From Mayamaea pseudoterrestris (lineage: Eukaryota): a stretch of 64,000 bases of DNA. The stretch is taken from the NCBI GenBank assembly GCA_027923505.1, contig BROI01000001.1:1178001-1242000 (forward strand), read 5' to 3'. Positions 47,894-60,400 of this stretch are shown here, in pieces (position 1 is the stretch's first letter; every line of letters starts with the position of its first letter). The notes beneath the pieces were generated by a model, which saw only the letters and a program-made list of their open reading frames with translations, did no database searches and was not told the origin of the DNA. The position numbers and the translations under genes are program-made.

Positions 47894-50800
47894 TGCCCCA
47901 TGCCCTGGCCACCCAACAACCCAATGAGTCAGGCAAAACATGTCCAGGGTGTGCCATTGACATGAGGATGGGCTGAAATGGTGCAAAACGGACTGCCTGG
48001 AGGCCTACACCATCTGCAAAATGGGTGTGGCCAACACCGCAAATTATGGAATCATACCACTACAATGCCCCGTCCCCTGATCACCCAACAACCCAATGAG
48101 TCATGCAAAACATGTCCAGGGTGTGCCATTGACAAGGGGATGGTCTGACATGGTACAAAACGGACTGCCTGGAGGCCTACAGCATGGAATGGTCTACATG
48201 ATGGGTGTGGCCAACACCCGAAATTATGGAATCATACCACTACAATGCCCCATGCCCTGGCCACCCAACAACCCAATGAGTCAGGCAAAACATGTCCAGG
48301 GTGTGCCATTGACATGAGGATGGGCTGAAATGGTGCAAAACGGACTGCCTGGAGGCCTACACCATCTGCAAAATGGGTGTGGCCAACACCGCAAATTATG
48401 GAACCATACCACTACAATGCCCCGTCCCCTGATCACCCAACAACCCAATGAGTCATGCAAAACATGTCCAGGGTGTGCCATTGACATGAGGATGGTCTGA
48501 CATGGTACAAAACGGACTGCCTGGAGGCCTACAGCATGGAATGGTCTACAAGATGGGTGTGGCCAACACCGCAAATTATGGAATCATACCACTACAATGC
48601 CCCATGCCCTGGCCACCCAACAACCCAATGAGTCAGGCAAAACATGTCCAGGGTGTGCCATTGACATGAGGATGGGCTGAAATGGTGCAAAACGGACTGC
48701 CTGGAGGCCTACACCATCTGCAAAATGGGTGTGGCCAACACCGCAAATTATGGAATCATACCACTACAATGCCCCGTCCTCTGATCACCCAACAACCCAA
48801 TGAGTCATGCAAAACATGTCCAGGGTGTGCCATTGACATGAGGATGGTCTGACATGGTACAAAACGGACTGCCTGGAGGCCTACAGCATGGAATGGTCTA
48901 CAAGATGGGTGTGGCCAACACCCCAAATTATGGAATCATACCACTACAATGCCCCATGCCCTGGCCACCCAACAACCCAATGAGTCAGGCAAAACATGTC
49001 CAGGGTGTGCCATTGACATGAGGATGGTCTGACATGGTACAAAACGGACTGCCTGGAGGCCTACAGCATGGAATGGTCTACAAGATGGGTGTGGCCAACA
49101 CCGCAAATTATGGAATCATACCACTACAATGCCCCGTCCCCTGATCACCCAACAACCCAATGAGTCATGCAAAACATGTCCAGGGTGTGCCATTGACATG
49201 AGGATGGTCTGACATGGTACAAAACGGACTGCCTGGAGGCCTACAGCATGGAATGGTCTACAAGATGGGTGTGGCCAACACCCCAAATTATGGAATCATA
49301 CCACTACAATGCCCCATGCACTGGCCACCCAACAACCCAATGAGTCAGGCAAAACATGTCCAGGGTGTGCCATTGACATGAGGATGGGCTGAAATGGTGC
49401 AAAACGGACTGCCTGGAGGCCTACACCATCTGCAAAATGGGTGTGGCCAACACCGCAAATTATGGAATCATACCACTACAATGCCCCATCCCCTGATCAC
49501 CCAACAACCCAATGAGTCATGCAAAACATGTCCAGGGTGTGCCATTGACATGAGGATGGTCTGACATGGTACAAAACGGACTGCCTGGAGGCCTACAGCA
49601 TGGAATGGTCTACAAGATGGGTGTGGCCAACACCCCAAATTATGGAATCATACCACTACAATGCCCCATGCCCTGGCCACCCAACAACCCAATGAGTCAT
49701 GCAAAACATGTCCAGGGTGTGCCATTGACATGAGGATGGTCTGACATGGTACAAAACGGACTGCCTGGAGGCCTACACCATCTGCAAAATGGGTGTGGCC
49801 AACACCGCAAATTATGGAATCATACCACTACAATGCCCCATCCCCTGATCACCCAACAACCCAATGAGTCATGCAAAACATGTCCAGGGTGTGCCATTGA
49901 CATGAGGATGGGCTGACATGGTACAAAACGGACTGCCTGGAGGCCTACACCATCTGCAAAATGGGTGTGGCCAACACCCCAAATTATGGAATCATACCAC
50001 TACAATGCCCCGTGCCCTGGTCACCCAACAACCCAATGAGTCATGCAAAACATGTCCAGGGTGTGCCATTGACATGAGGATGGGCTGAAATGGTACAAAA
50101 CGGACTGCCTGGAGGCCTACACCATCTGCAAAATGGGTGTGGCCAACACCGCAAATTATGGAATCATACCACTACAATGCCCCATCCCTGATCACCCAAC
50201 AACCCAATGAGTCATGCAAAACATGTCCAGGGTGTGCCATTGACATGAGGATGGTCTGACATGGTACAAAACGGACTGCCTGGAGGCCTACAGCATGGAA
50301 TGGTCTACAAGATGGGTGTGGCCAACACCCCAAATTATGGAATCATACCACTACAATGCCCCATGCCCTGGCCACCCAACAACCCAATGAGTCAGGCAAA
50401 ACATGTCCAGGGTGTGCCATTGACAGACATGAGGATGGGCTGAAATGGTGCAAAACGGACTGCCTGGAGGCCTACACCATCTGCAAAATGGGTGTGGCCA
50501 ACACCGCAAATTATGGAATCATACCACTACAATGCCCCGTCCCCTGATCACCCAACAACCCAATGAGTCATGCAAAACATGTCCAGGGTGTGCCATTGAC
50601 ATGAGGATGGTCTGACATGGTACAAAACGGACTGCCTGGAGGCCTACAGCATGGAATGGTCTACAAGATGGGTGTGGCCAACACCCCAAATTATGGAATC
50701 ATACCACTACAATGCCCCATGCCCTGGCCACCCAACAACCCAATGAGTCAGGCAAAACATGTCCAGGGTGTGCCATTGACATGAGGATGGGCTGAAATGG

Positions 50801-53275
50801 TGCAAAACGGACTGCCTGGAGGCCTACACCATCTGCAAAATGGGTGTGGCCAACACCGAAATTATGGTATCATACCACTACAATGCCCCGTCCCCTGATC
50901 ACCCAACAACCCAATGAGTCATGCAAAACATGTCCAGGGTGTGCCATTGACATGAGGATGGTCTGACATGGTACAAAACGGACTGCCTGGAGGCCTACAG
51001 CATGGAATGGTCTACAAGATGGGTGTGGCCAACACCCCAAATTATGGAATCATACCACTACAATGCCCCATGCCCTGGCCACCCAACAACCCAATGAGTC
51101 AGGCAAAACATGTCCAGGGTGTGCCATTGACATGAGGATGGGCTGAAATGGTGCAAAACGGACTGCCTGGAGGCCTACACCATCTGCAAAATGGGTGTGG
51201 CCAACACCGCAAATTATGGAATCATACCACTACAATGCCCCATCCACTGATCACCCAACAACCCAATGAGTCATGCAAAACATGTCCAGGGTGTGCCATT
51301 GACATGAGGATGGTCTGACATGGTACAAAACGGACTGCCTGGAGGCCTACAGCATGGAATGGTCTACAAGATGGGTGTGGCCAACACCCCAAATTATGGA
51401 ATCATACCACTACAATGCCCCCATGCCCTGGCCACCCAACAACCCAATGAGTCAGGCAAAACATGTCCAGGGTGTGCCATTGACATGAGGATGGGCTGAA
51501 ATGGTGCAAAACGGACTGCCTGGAGGCCTACACCATCTGCAAAATGGGTGTGGCCAACACCCCAAATTATGGAATCATACCACTACAATGCCCCGTCCCT
51601 TGATCACCCAACAACCCAATGAGTCATGCAAAACATGTCCAGGGTGTGCCATTGACATGAGGATGGTCTGACATGGTACAAAACGGACTGCCTGGAGGCC
51701 TACAGCATGGAATGGTCTACAAGATGGGTGTGGCCAACACCCCAAATTATGGAATCATACCACTACAATGCCCCATGCCCTGGCCACCCAACAACCCAAT
51801 GAGTCAGGCAAAACATGTCCAGGGTGTGCCATTGACATGAGGATGGGCTGAAATGGTGCAAAACGGACTGCCTGGAGGCCTACACCATCTGCAAAATGGG
51901 TGTGGCCAACACCGCAAATTATGGAATCATACCACTACAATGCCCCGTCCCCTGATCACCCAACAACCCAATGAGTCATGCAAAACATGTCCAGGGTGTG
52001 CCATTGACATGAGGATGGTCTGACATGGTACAAAACGGACTGCCTGGAGGCCTACAGCATGGAATGGTCTACAAGATGGGTGTGGCCGACACCCCAAATT
52101 ATGGAATCATACCACTACAATGCCCCATGCCCTGGCCACCCAACAACCCAATGAGTCAGGCAAAACATGTCCAGGGTGTGCCATTGACAGACATGAGGAT
52201 GGGCTGAAATGGTGCAAAACGGACTGCCTGGAGGCCTACACCATCTGCAAAATGGGTGTGGCCAACACCGCAAATTATGGAATCATACCACTACAATGCC
52301 CCGTCCCCTGATCACCCAACAACCCAATGAGTCATGCAAAACATGTCCAGGGTGTGCCATTGACATGAGGATGGTCTGACATGGTACAAAACGGACTGCC
52401 TGGAGGCCTACAGCATGGAATGGTCTACAAGATGGGTGTGGCCAACACCCCAAATTATGGAATCATACCACTACAATGCCCCCATGCCCTGGCCACCCAA
52501 CAACCCAATGAGTCAGGCAAAACATGTCCAGGGTGTGCCATTGACATGAGGATGGGCTGAAATGGTGCAAAAACGGACTGCCTGGAGGCCTACACCATCT
52601 GCAAAATGGGTGTGGCCAACACCGCAAATTATGGAATCATACCACTACAATGCCCCGTCCCCTGATCACCCAACAACCCAATGAGTCATGCAAAACATGT
52701 CCAGGGTGTGCCATTGACATGAGGATGGTCTGACATGGTACAAAACGGACTGCCTGGAGGCCTACAGCATGGAATGGTCTACAAGATGGGTGTGGCCAAC
52801 ACCCCAAATTATGGAATCATACCACTACAATGCCCCATGCCCTGGCCCAACAACCCAATGAGTAGGAAACATGTCCAGGGTGTGCCATGACATGAGGATG
52901 GGCTGAAATGGTGCAAAACGGACTGCCTGGAGGCCTACACAAAATGGGTGTGCCAACACCGCAAATTATGGAATCATACCACTACAATGCCCCGTCCCCT
53001 GATCACCCAACAACCCAATGAGTCATGCAAAACATGTCCAGGGTGTGCCATTGACATGAGGATGGATGGTCTGACATGGTACAAAACGGACTGCCTGGAG
53101 GCCTACAGCATGGAATGGTCTACAAGATGGGTGTGGCCAACACCCCAAATTATGGAATCATACCACTACAATGCCCCATGCCCTGGCCACCCAACAACCC
53201 AATGAGTCAGGCAAAACATGTCCAGGGTGTGCCATTGACACGAGGATGGGCTGAAATGGTGCAAAACGGACTGCC
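47894..53275 (+). repeat. Satellite A: tandem array of ~30 monomers alternating 172 and 180 bp (352-bp higher-order dimer)
   Basis: Monomer starts at 47894, 48066, 48246, 48418, 48598. The 172-type has tacaccatctgcaaaatggg and the 180-type has tacagcatggaatggtctacaagatggg. Confidence 0.97.
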
Positions 53276-55623
53276 CAGATCTCGCGACGGGGCTACCATG
53301 GGAACGACGAAAGTAGTCCACGACAACTCTCGAAAGAAACGACGACGAAACAGATTCCGATGGCGAACCCGCACGTACCAGCGAAGTTCTTCAGAAGGGC
53401 TGAGCAAGAATCAGGAATAAATGCCCTCTGTTCTCTCCAAGCGAACTCATCGGACGACGTTCGTAAGGAACACGAAACGGTCAGAAAATGCGCGACTGTA
53501 TGCGAATATATCGGGTACGCGATAACGGAGCTACTCCGAAACGACGAAAGGTTTCTTGATCAGATGGGAAAGAGCCAGCGAAGACTTAATAAGTTACAAC
53601 GAACTGTCGGATTTAATCGAACGACAGATGGGACGAAGATATACGAAACGATCCGGCGACTCAGTGGGTATTCACGAAGGTAATCGGACAAGAGCTTAAT
53701 TTGAAACCGAACGATCCGACATACAAAGGAAGTTCGTAACGTTCTCGTCGAGTGGACTGACGGAACAACGACGTAGGGAGCCTCTCGATCATGAAGAGGG
53801 ACGATCCGATAACGATCGCAGAGTATGGACTCAAGCACGGCTTACTCGACAAACCGGGTGAGAAGCAGCTGGAACATTACACTCGAAGCGAAAGAAGTTT
53901 CGACAGATGGTGACAGCAGCGAAACGAAAATCGAAAAGCAAACGGGCGTACGCTACAAATTTGGCGTAAGATTGCCGCGCAACTATAAGGATCGCGTAGC
54001 TCCCGACGATCAACGGCAACCACGCTGTGGACGGATGCGATTCGAACGGAACTAAATCAGATAAATGATTACGACACGTTCGCAGATCAGGGAATCGGTA
54101 AGGTTTGCCGGCGCCGTGGAAACGAATAAACGTGCACATGATATTCGGTGTCAAGCACGATTTGCGACGGAAAGCACGACTCGTCGCAGGAGGACATATG
54201 ACAGAGCCGCCGGGATTCAGTTTACTCCGGCGTTGTGTCATTGCGAAGTCTACGAATGGTAGCGATGTTAGCGGAACTCAACGGTCTGGAACTGTGGGCA
54301 GCTGACGTCGGCAACGCATACTTGGAAGCGAAACGAAGAGAAGGTTTATATCGTGGCAGGTCCGGAGTTCGGGAGCTCGAGGGTCACACGCTCACGATCG
54401 TGAAGGCACTATACGGCTCCACGCCGCGCACGCTCGCACGAACACTCTGCAGACGCCTCCGCGACATTGGTTTCACGCCGTGTATCGCAGAACCGGACGT
54501 GTGGATGCGCGATGAAGGCACGCACTACGAATACGTTTGTGTGTATGTCGACGATTTAGCGATAGCAATGAAGAATCCGCGAAGAACTAACGGATCTTTT
54601 AATTGAGAACTGCAACTACAAGTTGAAGGCGTCGGTCCATTGGCATATCATTTGGGCGCAGACGTTTGGCGGGACGACGACGGCGTACTCTGCTTTGGAG
54701 CGAAGAAATACGTCACAAGACTATTAGCGAACTACAAAGAAATGTTCGGCGAGGAACCAGCGACCGCAGACAAGTCCACTACGCGCGGCGATCATCCGAA
54801 CTCGACGAAACGAAAAGAACTTGACGACGACGGAATTGCGAAGTATCAATCGATCATTGGTGCGTTGCAATGGGCAGTAAGTTTATGCCGATTCGACATT
54901 CACTGTGCTGTCATGACTATGGGGAGATTCCGAGTTGCGCCACGAGCGGGGCACTGGAACGGTTGAAGCATATTTGCGGATACTTACGGCGATTTCCCGG
55001 ATGGAGCGATTCGATTCAACGTTTCGATTCCAACGGACGAAGCGTACGCGACAGTTGACAAGATGGATTGGGATTACAGTGTGTACGGCAAGATCTGCGA
55101 AGAGCTTCAGTGGAACATGCCAACGCCGCGCGGCAAAAGGCGGTCGCGAATGTCAACGTTCGAAGATGCGAACCTGTACCCACGATTACACGACGGGACG
55201 GGCAGCGATGGGCATGCTACACATGTTGAATGGAACAGTCGTCGATTGGTTTCCAAACGCCAGGCGACGGTCGAGACGGCGACGTACGGCTCGGAGTTTG
55301 TAGCAGCGAGAGTGAGCACGGAGCAGATCATGGATCTCCGCTTCACGCTACGCATGTTGGGAGTTCCGCTCGACGGACCTTCATGGATGTTTGGAGACAA
55401 CAAGTCGGTAACGCAAAGCAGCAACTTACCGCACTCTAGTCTGACGAAGCGACACAATGCACTGGCATTTCACCGTGTACGCGAAGCGATTGCGGCGGGA
55501 ATTATTAATTTCAACCACATCATGGGAACGACAAACCCGGCGGATGTACTTACCAAGTTTCTTCCACGGGCTACGGCAAGCAAGCACTTAAAGAACCTGC
55601 TCTTCAAGGAATCTAACTATTAG
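53276..55623 (+). mobile_element. Frameshifted 3' half (chromo-like region, RT, RNase H) of a diatom CoDi-type Ty1/copia element
   Basis: Across frames: VKHDLRRKARLVAGGH, AADVGNAYLEA, IVKALYG, EPDVWMR, VYVDDL, YQSIIGALQW, QATVETATYGSEFVA, MFGDNKSV, KRHNALAFHRVRE, NPADVLTK. Confidence 0.92.
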
Positions 55624-55630
55624 GTATGAC

Positions 55631-55887
55631 TTGAGGGGAGTTGCAGGATGCGAACGAAAACAGCGAAAATCGGGCAAGTCACACCGAATGTCCGATAGGG
55701 TGACACAGCGGCACTCGCGGCTCACCACAGCCTCACGATCGCGTGATGCGTGGCAGCGACGGCTTCGAAACGATTCAACGAGTATATTGCTGAAACTAGT
55801 GCGATATAGAGTAGAAACAAGCAGACTTACTAAGCTTGAAGAGTTAAGAAAGCGATTTATTCGTCTCTCGTATTGTAGCAACTGCAA
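55631..55887 (+). mobile_element. Polypurine tract and putative LTR of the CoDi-type element
   Basis: ttGAGGGGAG just after the RNase H stop, followed by TTGCAG...CTGCAA inverted termini (55641-55887). An alternative end is ...CAACA at 55955. Confidence 0.5.
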
Positions 55888-55955
55888 GCTTGGATTGGCC
55901 CTCCAAGGACAGCTACAAGCGAAAGGTGCAACGATTTGATTTACAAGTTACAACA

Positions 55956-57494
55956 AGGGTGGGTTTTGTTGTGTAGATTGAACAATTGGGCGCCGCTATG
56001 TGGCATACATGGGACGTGCTTGGCCTTGGCATATGCTGCATGAATATTTTGTTTCATACCCGGCTGGTGCACTTCGTTGTAGTATTGGGTAGCTTGTAAA
56101 TCTGCAATGACATTCAGTCTGGCTTCAAAAGTGAGTCTGGCGCCTGGTTTGTCCTGGTGCCCTTTAACGTGTTGGACGCGATGATTTGGTATTTCTTTTA
56201 TTGTGTGAAGTAATTGTAGACATACGTCAGAATCGGTCTTCAGATTCAGCCCAGTGGAAGGTATCTTTGACTGAAGTCGTTGCAAGCGCTTGATGAGTCC
56301 CAAGTTATCACATATCCATGTGCACTGGAACACTCGTTCATGTCGAGGTATATTGAAGTATGTAACTGCATGGGTGAGAAATTGGGTAGCTGAAATGCCC
56401 CCATAGCCCTCTGCTCGGAATGAGTGCATCATTTCGGAGTCGCCTTGTGCGGGGCCTTTGCTTTGGGCTATAATTTCCTCTGTATCCTGGACTGCCAAGA
56501 TCCATCCAAATGACCCGAGTCCATCTTTCACACCGCCATCGCTGCACTGTATAAGTTTAGTGGTTTGACGAAGTTTCGTAGCAAAGTCTTGGTCCGTCCA
56601 AAAGACAGTTGTATATTGTTGTAGTTCCTTGTCCCAAGATGGGAAGTCCTGCAGATACTGGCTAAATGTAGAATACGTTGCTGTTAGCAGTAGAGGTGTG
56701 TAATGTCCAGGGACTGGTGTTGCAAAATGATGCCCGCGAAGGTGAGCAGTAGTTGGTACACTATTGTGCGGAATATTATGGCAGCTGCCGGTAGCATGCT
56801 CACTGAACCACTGGCCAGGAAAGCTTGTTTGACTTGAGCGCCTGGTATGGCTCACCACCGGTATTTGCGGATGAACTGCCCATTCTGAACCGCTCCATCG
56901 ATAGAGGCATGCGTTGTCTGGATCGACAACAAAGTCCCACTGTTGAGCCAGTTTGTTCACCGGGAGAAGCCAATTTCCTAATGGGTGGCGTAATTCGCGA
57001 TTCTTGCCGGTGTAGTGTGGCTTGGCAAATGTTGTTGTTATCGCTTTGCGGTAGAGCGCCCATCCCTTTCTGCCTGGCTTTTGCTGCTGTGACCAATTTA
57101 GTTTATTGACTCGTGGCGTTGCTGTGTCATATAGATAAGAGTCATCCAATTTTTCACCATCCGTGGTGGAAATTTCCGACAGAAATGTTACTTGAAGGTA
57201 AAGTCGACATGCGTTGATTCGCTCAAGCTGTGTAGGATTAGTCGTGTATCTTGTAACTTCATCCATGATGAATAAATCCCCATCTCTTGGCAGTGGCTGC
57301 TCATTTTCCGTTGGTATTTGTAGGGAGAGAAGAATGGTTTGCGGATATTCGAATGGATATGGCCATATTCCCAAGGGGCGACAAGCTTCTTCAGCCAGTC
57401 TTGCTCGCCATTCATCAGGATGAGTTGCCACCAGAAGGATCGATTGAGCACAAGCTCATTAAAGGCACGGGAGTCTGGATGGACGCGCCATTGT
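55956..57494 (-). mobile_element. Fragment of non-LTR (LINE-like) retrotransposon ORF with RNase H domain, truncated at both ends
   Basis: RNase H motifs CSDGGVKDGLGSFGW, SFRAEGYG, ICDNLGLI, HVKGHQD, LNVIADLQA. The upstream INACRLYLQVTFLSEISTTDG segment resembles post-RT regions of diatom LINEs. Confidence 0.8.
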
Positions 57495-60400
57495 ATACAT
57501 GTCTTGGTTACCTTCCAATGGAGCTCCAGGATTTGGGTGCGGCTCCAGGGGCATGGGTTTGTTGCCGCAACACAGGAAAATTGTAACCACACAGGCACCA
57601 CTGACATTTCATCACTTTGAGCACTCTGGCTGGACTCAGGGCATACAGACGCCTTTAATGATGCCCCATACATGTCTTGGTTACCTTCCAATGGAGCTCC
57701 AGGATTTGGGTGCGGCTCCAGGGGCATGGGTTTGTTGCCGCAACACAGGAAAATTGTAACCACACAGGCACCACTGACATTTCATCACTTTGAGCACTCT
57801 GGCTGGACTCAGGGCATACAGACGCCTTTAATGATGCCCCATGCATGTCTTGGTTACCTTCCAATGGAGCTCCAGGATTTGGGTGCGGCTCCAGGGGCAT
57901 GGGTTTGTTGCCGCAACACAGGAAAATTGTAACCACACAGGCACCACTGACATTTCATCACTTTGAGCACTCTGGCTGGACTCAGGGCATACAGACGCCT
58001 TTAATGATGCCCCATACATGTCTTGGTTACCTTCCAATGGAGCTCCAGGATTTGGGTGCGGCTCCAGGGGCATGGGTTTGTTGCCGCAACACAGGAAAAT
58101 TGTAACCACACAGGCACCACTGACATTTCATCACTTTGAGCACTCTGGCTGGACTCAGGGCATACAGACGCCTTTAATGATGCCCCATACATGCCTTGGT
58201 TACCTTTCAAAAGAGCTCCAGGATATGGGTGCGGCTCCAGGGGCATGGGTTTGTTGCCGCAACACAGGAAAATTGTAACCACACAGGCACCACTGACATT
58301 TCATCACTTTGAGCACTCTGGCTGGACTCAGGGCATACAGACGCCTTTAATGATGCCCCATACATGTCTTGGTTACCTTCCAATGGAGCTCCAGGATTTG
58401 GGTGCGGCTCCAGGGGCATGGGTTTGTTGCCGCAACACAGGAAAATTGTAACCACACAGGCACCACTGACATTTCATCACTTTGAAAATCTGGCTGGACT
58501 CAGGACATTCAGACACCTTTAATGATGCCCCATACATGTCTTGGTTACCTTCCAATGGAGCTCCAGGATTTGGGTGCGGCTCCAGGGGCATGGGTTTGTT
58601 GCTGCAACACAGGAAAATTGTAACCACACAGGCACCACTGACATTTCATCACTTTGAGCACTCTGGCTGGACTCAGGGCAGTCAGACGCCTTTAATGATG
58701 CCCCATACATGTCTTGGTTACCTTCCAATGGAGCTCCAGGATTTGGGTGCGGCTCCAGGGGCATGGGTTTGTTGCCGCAACACAGGAAAATTGTAACCAC
58801 ACAGGCACCACTGACATTTCATCACTTTGAGCACTCTGGCTGGGCTCAGGGCATACAGACGCCTTTAATGATGCCCCATACATGTCTTGGTTACCTTCCA
58901 ATGGAGCTCCAGGATATGGGTGCGGCTCCAGGGGCATGGGTTTGTTGCCGCAACACAGGAAAATTGTAACCACACAGGCACCACTGACATTTCATCACTT
59001 TGAGCACTCTGGCTGGACTCAGGGCATACAGACGCCTTTAATGATGCCCCATACATGTCTTGGTTACCTTCCAATGGAGCTCCAGGATTTGGGTGCGGCT
59101 CCAGGGGCATGGGTTTGTTGCCGCAACACAGGAAAATTGTAACCACACAGGCACCACTGACATTTCATCACTTTGAGCACTCTGGCTGGGCTCAGGGCAT
59201 TCAGACGCCTTTAATGATGCCCCATACATGTCTTGGTTACCTTCCAATGGAGCTCCAGGATTTGGGTGCGGCTCCAGGGGCATGGGTTTGTTGCCGCAAC
59301 ACAGGAAAATTGTAACCACACAGGCACCACTGACATTTCATCACTTTGAGCACTCTGGCTGGACTCAGGGCATACAGACGCCTTTAATGATGCCCCATAC
59401 ATGTCTTGGTTACCTTCCAATGGAGCTCCAGGATTTGGGTGCGGCTCCAGGGGCATGGGTTTGTTGCCGCAACACAGGAAAATTGTAACCACACAGGCAC
59501 CACTGACATTTCATCACTTTGAGCACTCTGGCTGGACTCAGGGCATACAGACGCCTTTAATGATGCCCCATACATGTCTTGGTTACCTTCCAATGGAGCT
59601 CCAGGATTTGGGTGCGGCTCCAGGGGCATGGGTTTGTTGCCGCAACACAGGAAAATTGTAACCACACAGGCACCACTGACATTTCATCACTTTGAGCACT
59701 CTGGCTGGACTCAGGGCATACAGACGCCTTTAATGATGCCCCATACATGTCTTGGTTACCTTCCAATGGAGCTCCAGGATTTGGGTGCGGCTCCAGGGGC
59801 ATGGGTTTGTTGCCGCAACACAGGAAAATTGTAACCACACAGGCACCACTGACATTTCATCACTTTGAGCACTCTGGCTGGACTCAGGGCATACAGACGC
59901 CTTTAATGATGCCCCATACATGTCTTGGTTACCTTCCAATGGAGCTCCAGGATTTGGGTGCGGCTCCAGGGGCATGGGTTTGTTGCCGCAACACAGGAAA
60001 ATTGTAACCACACAGGCACCACTGACATTTCATCACTTTGAGCACTCTGGCTGGACTCAGGGCATACAGACGCCTTTAATGATGCCCCATACATGTCTTG
60101 GTTACCTTCCAATGGAGCTCCAGGATTTGGGTGCGGCTCCAGGGGCATGGGTTTGTTGCCGCAACACAGGAAAATTGTAACCACACAGGCACCACTGACA
60201 TTTCATCACTTTGAGCACTCTGGCTGGACTCAGGGCATACAGACGCCTTTAATGATGCCCCATACATGTCTTGGTTACCTTCCAATGGAGCTCCAGGATT
60301 TGGGTGCGGCTCCAGGGGCATGGGTTTGTTGCCGCAACACAGGAAAATTGTAACCACACAGGCACCACTGACATTTCATCACTTTGAGCACTCTGGCTGG

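Noticed and set aside
45636..55955. Single intact copia element with an internal satellite insertion
   Set aside because: The putative LTRs do not match, the integrase core is absent, and the gag/PR and RT appear to be of different lineages.
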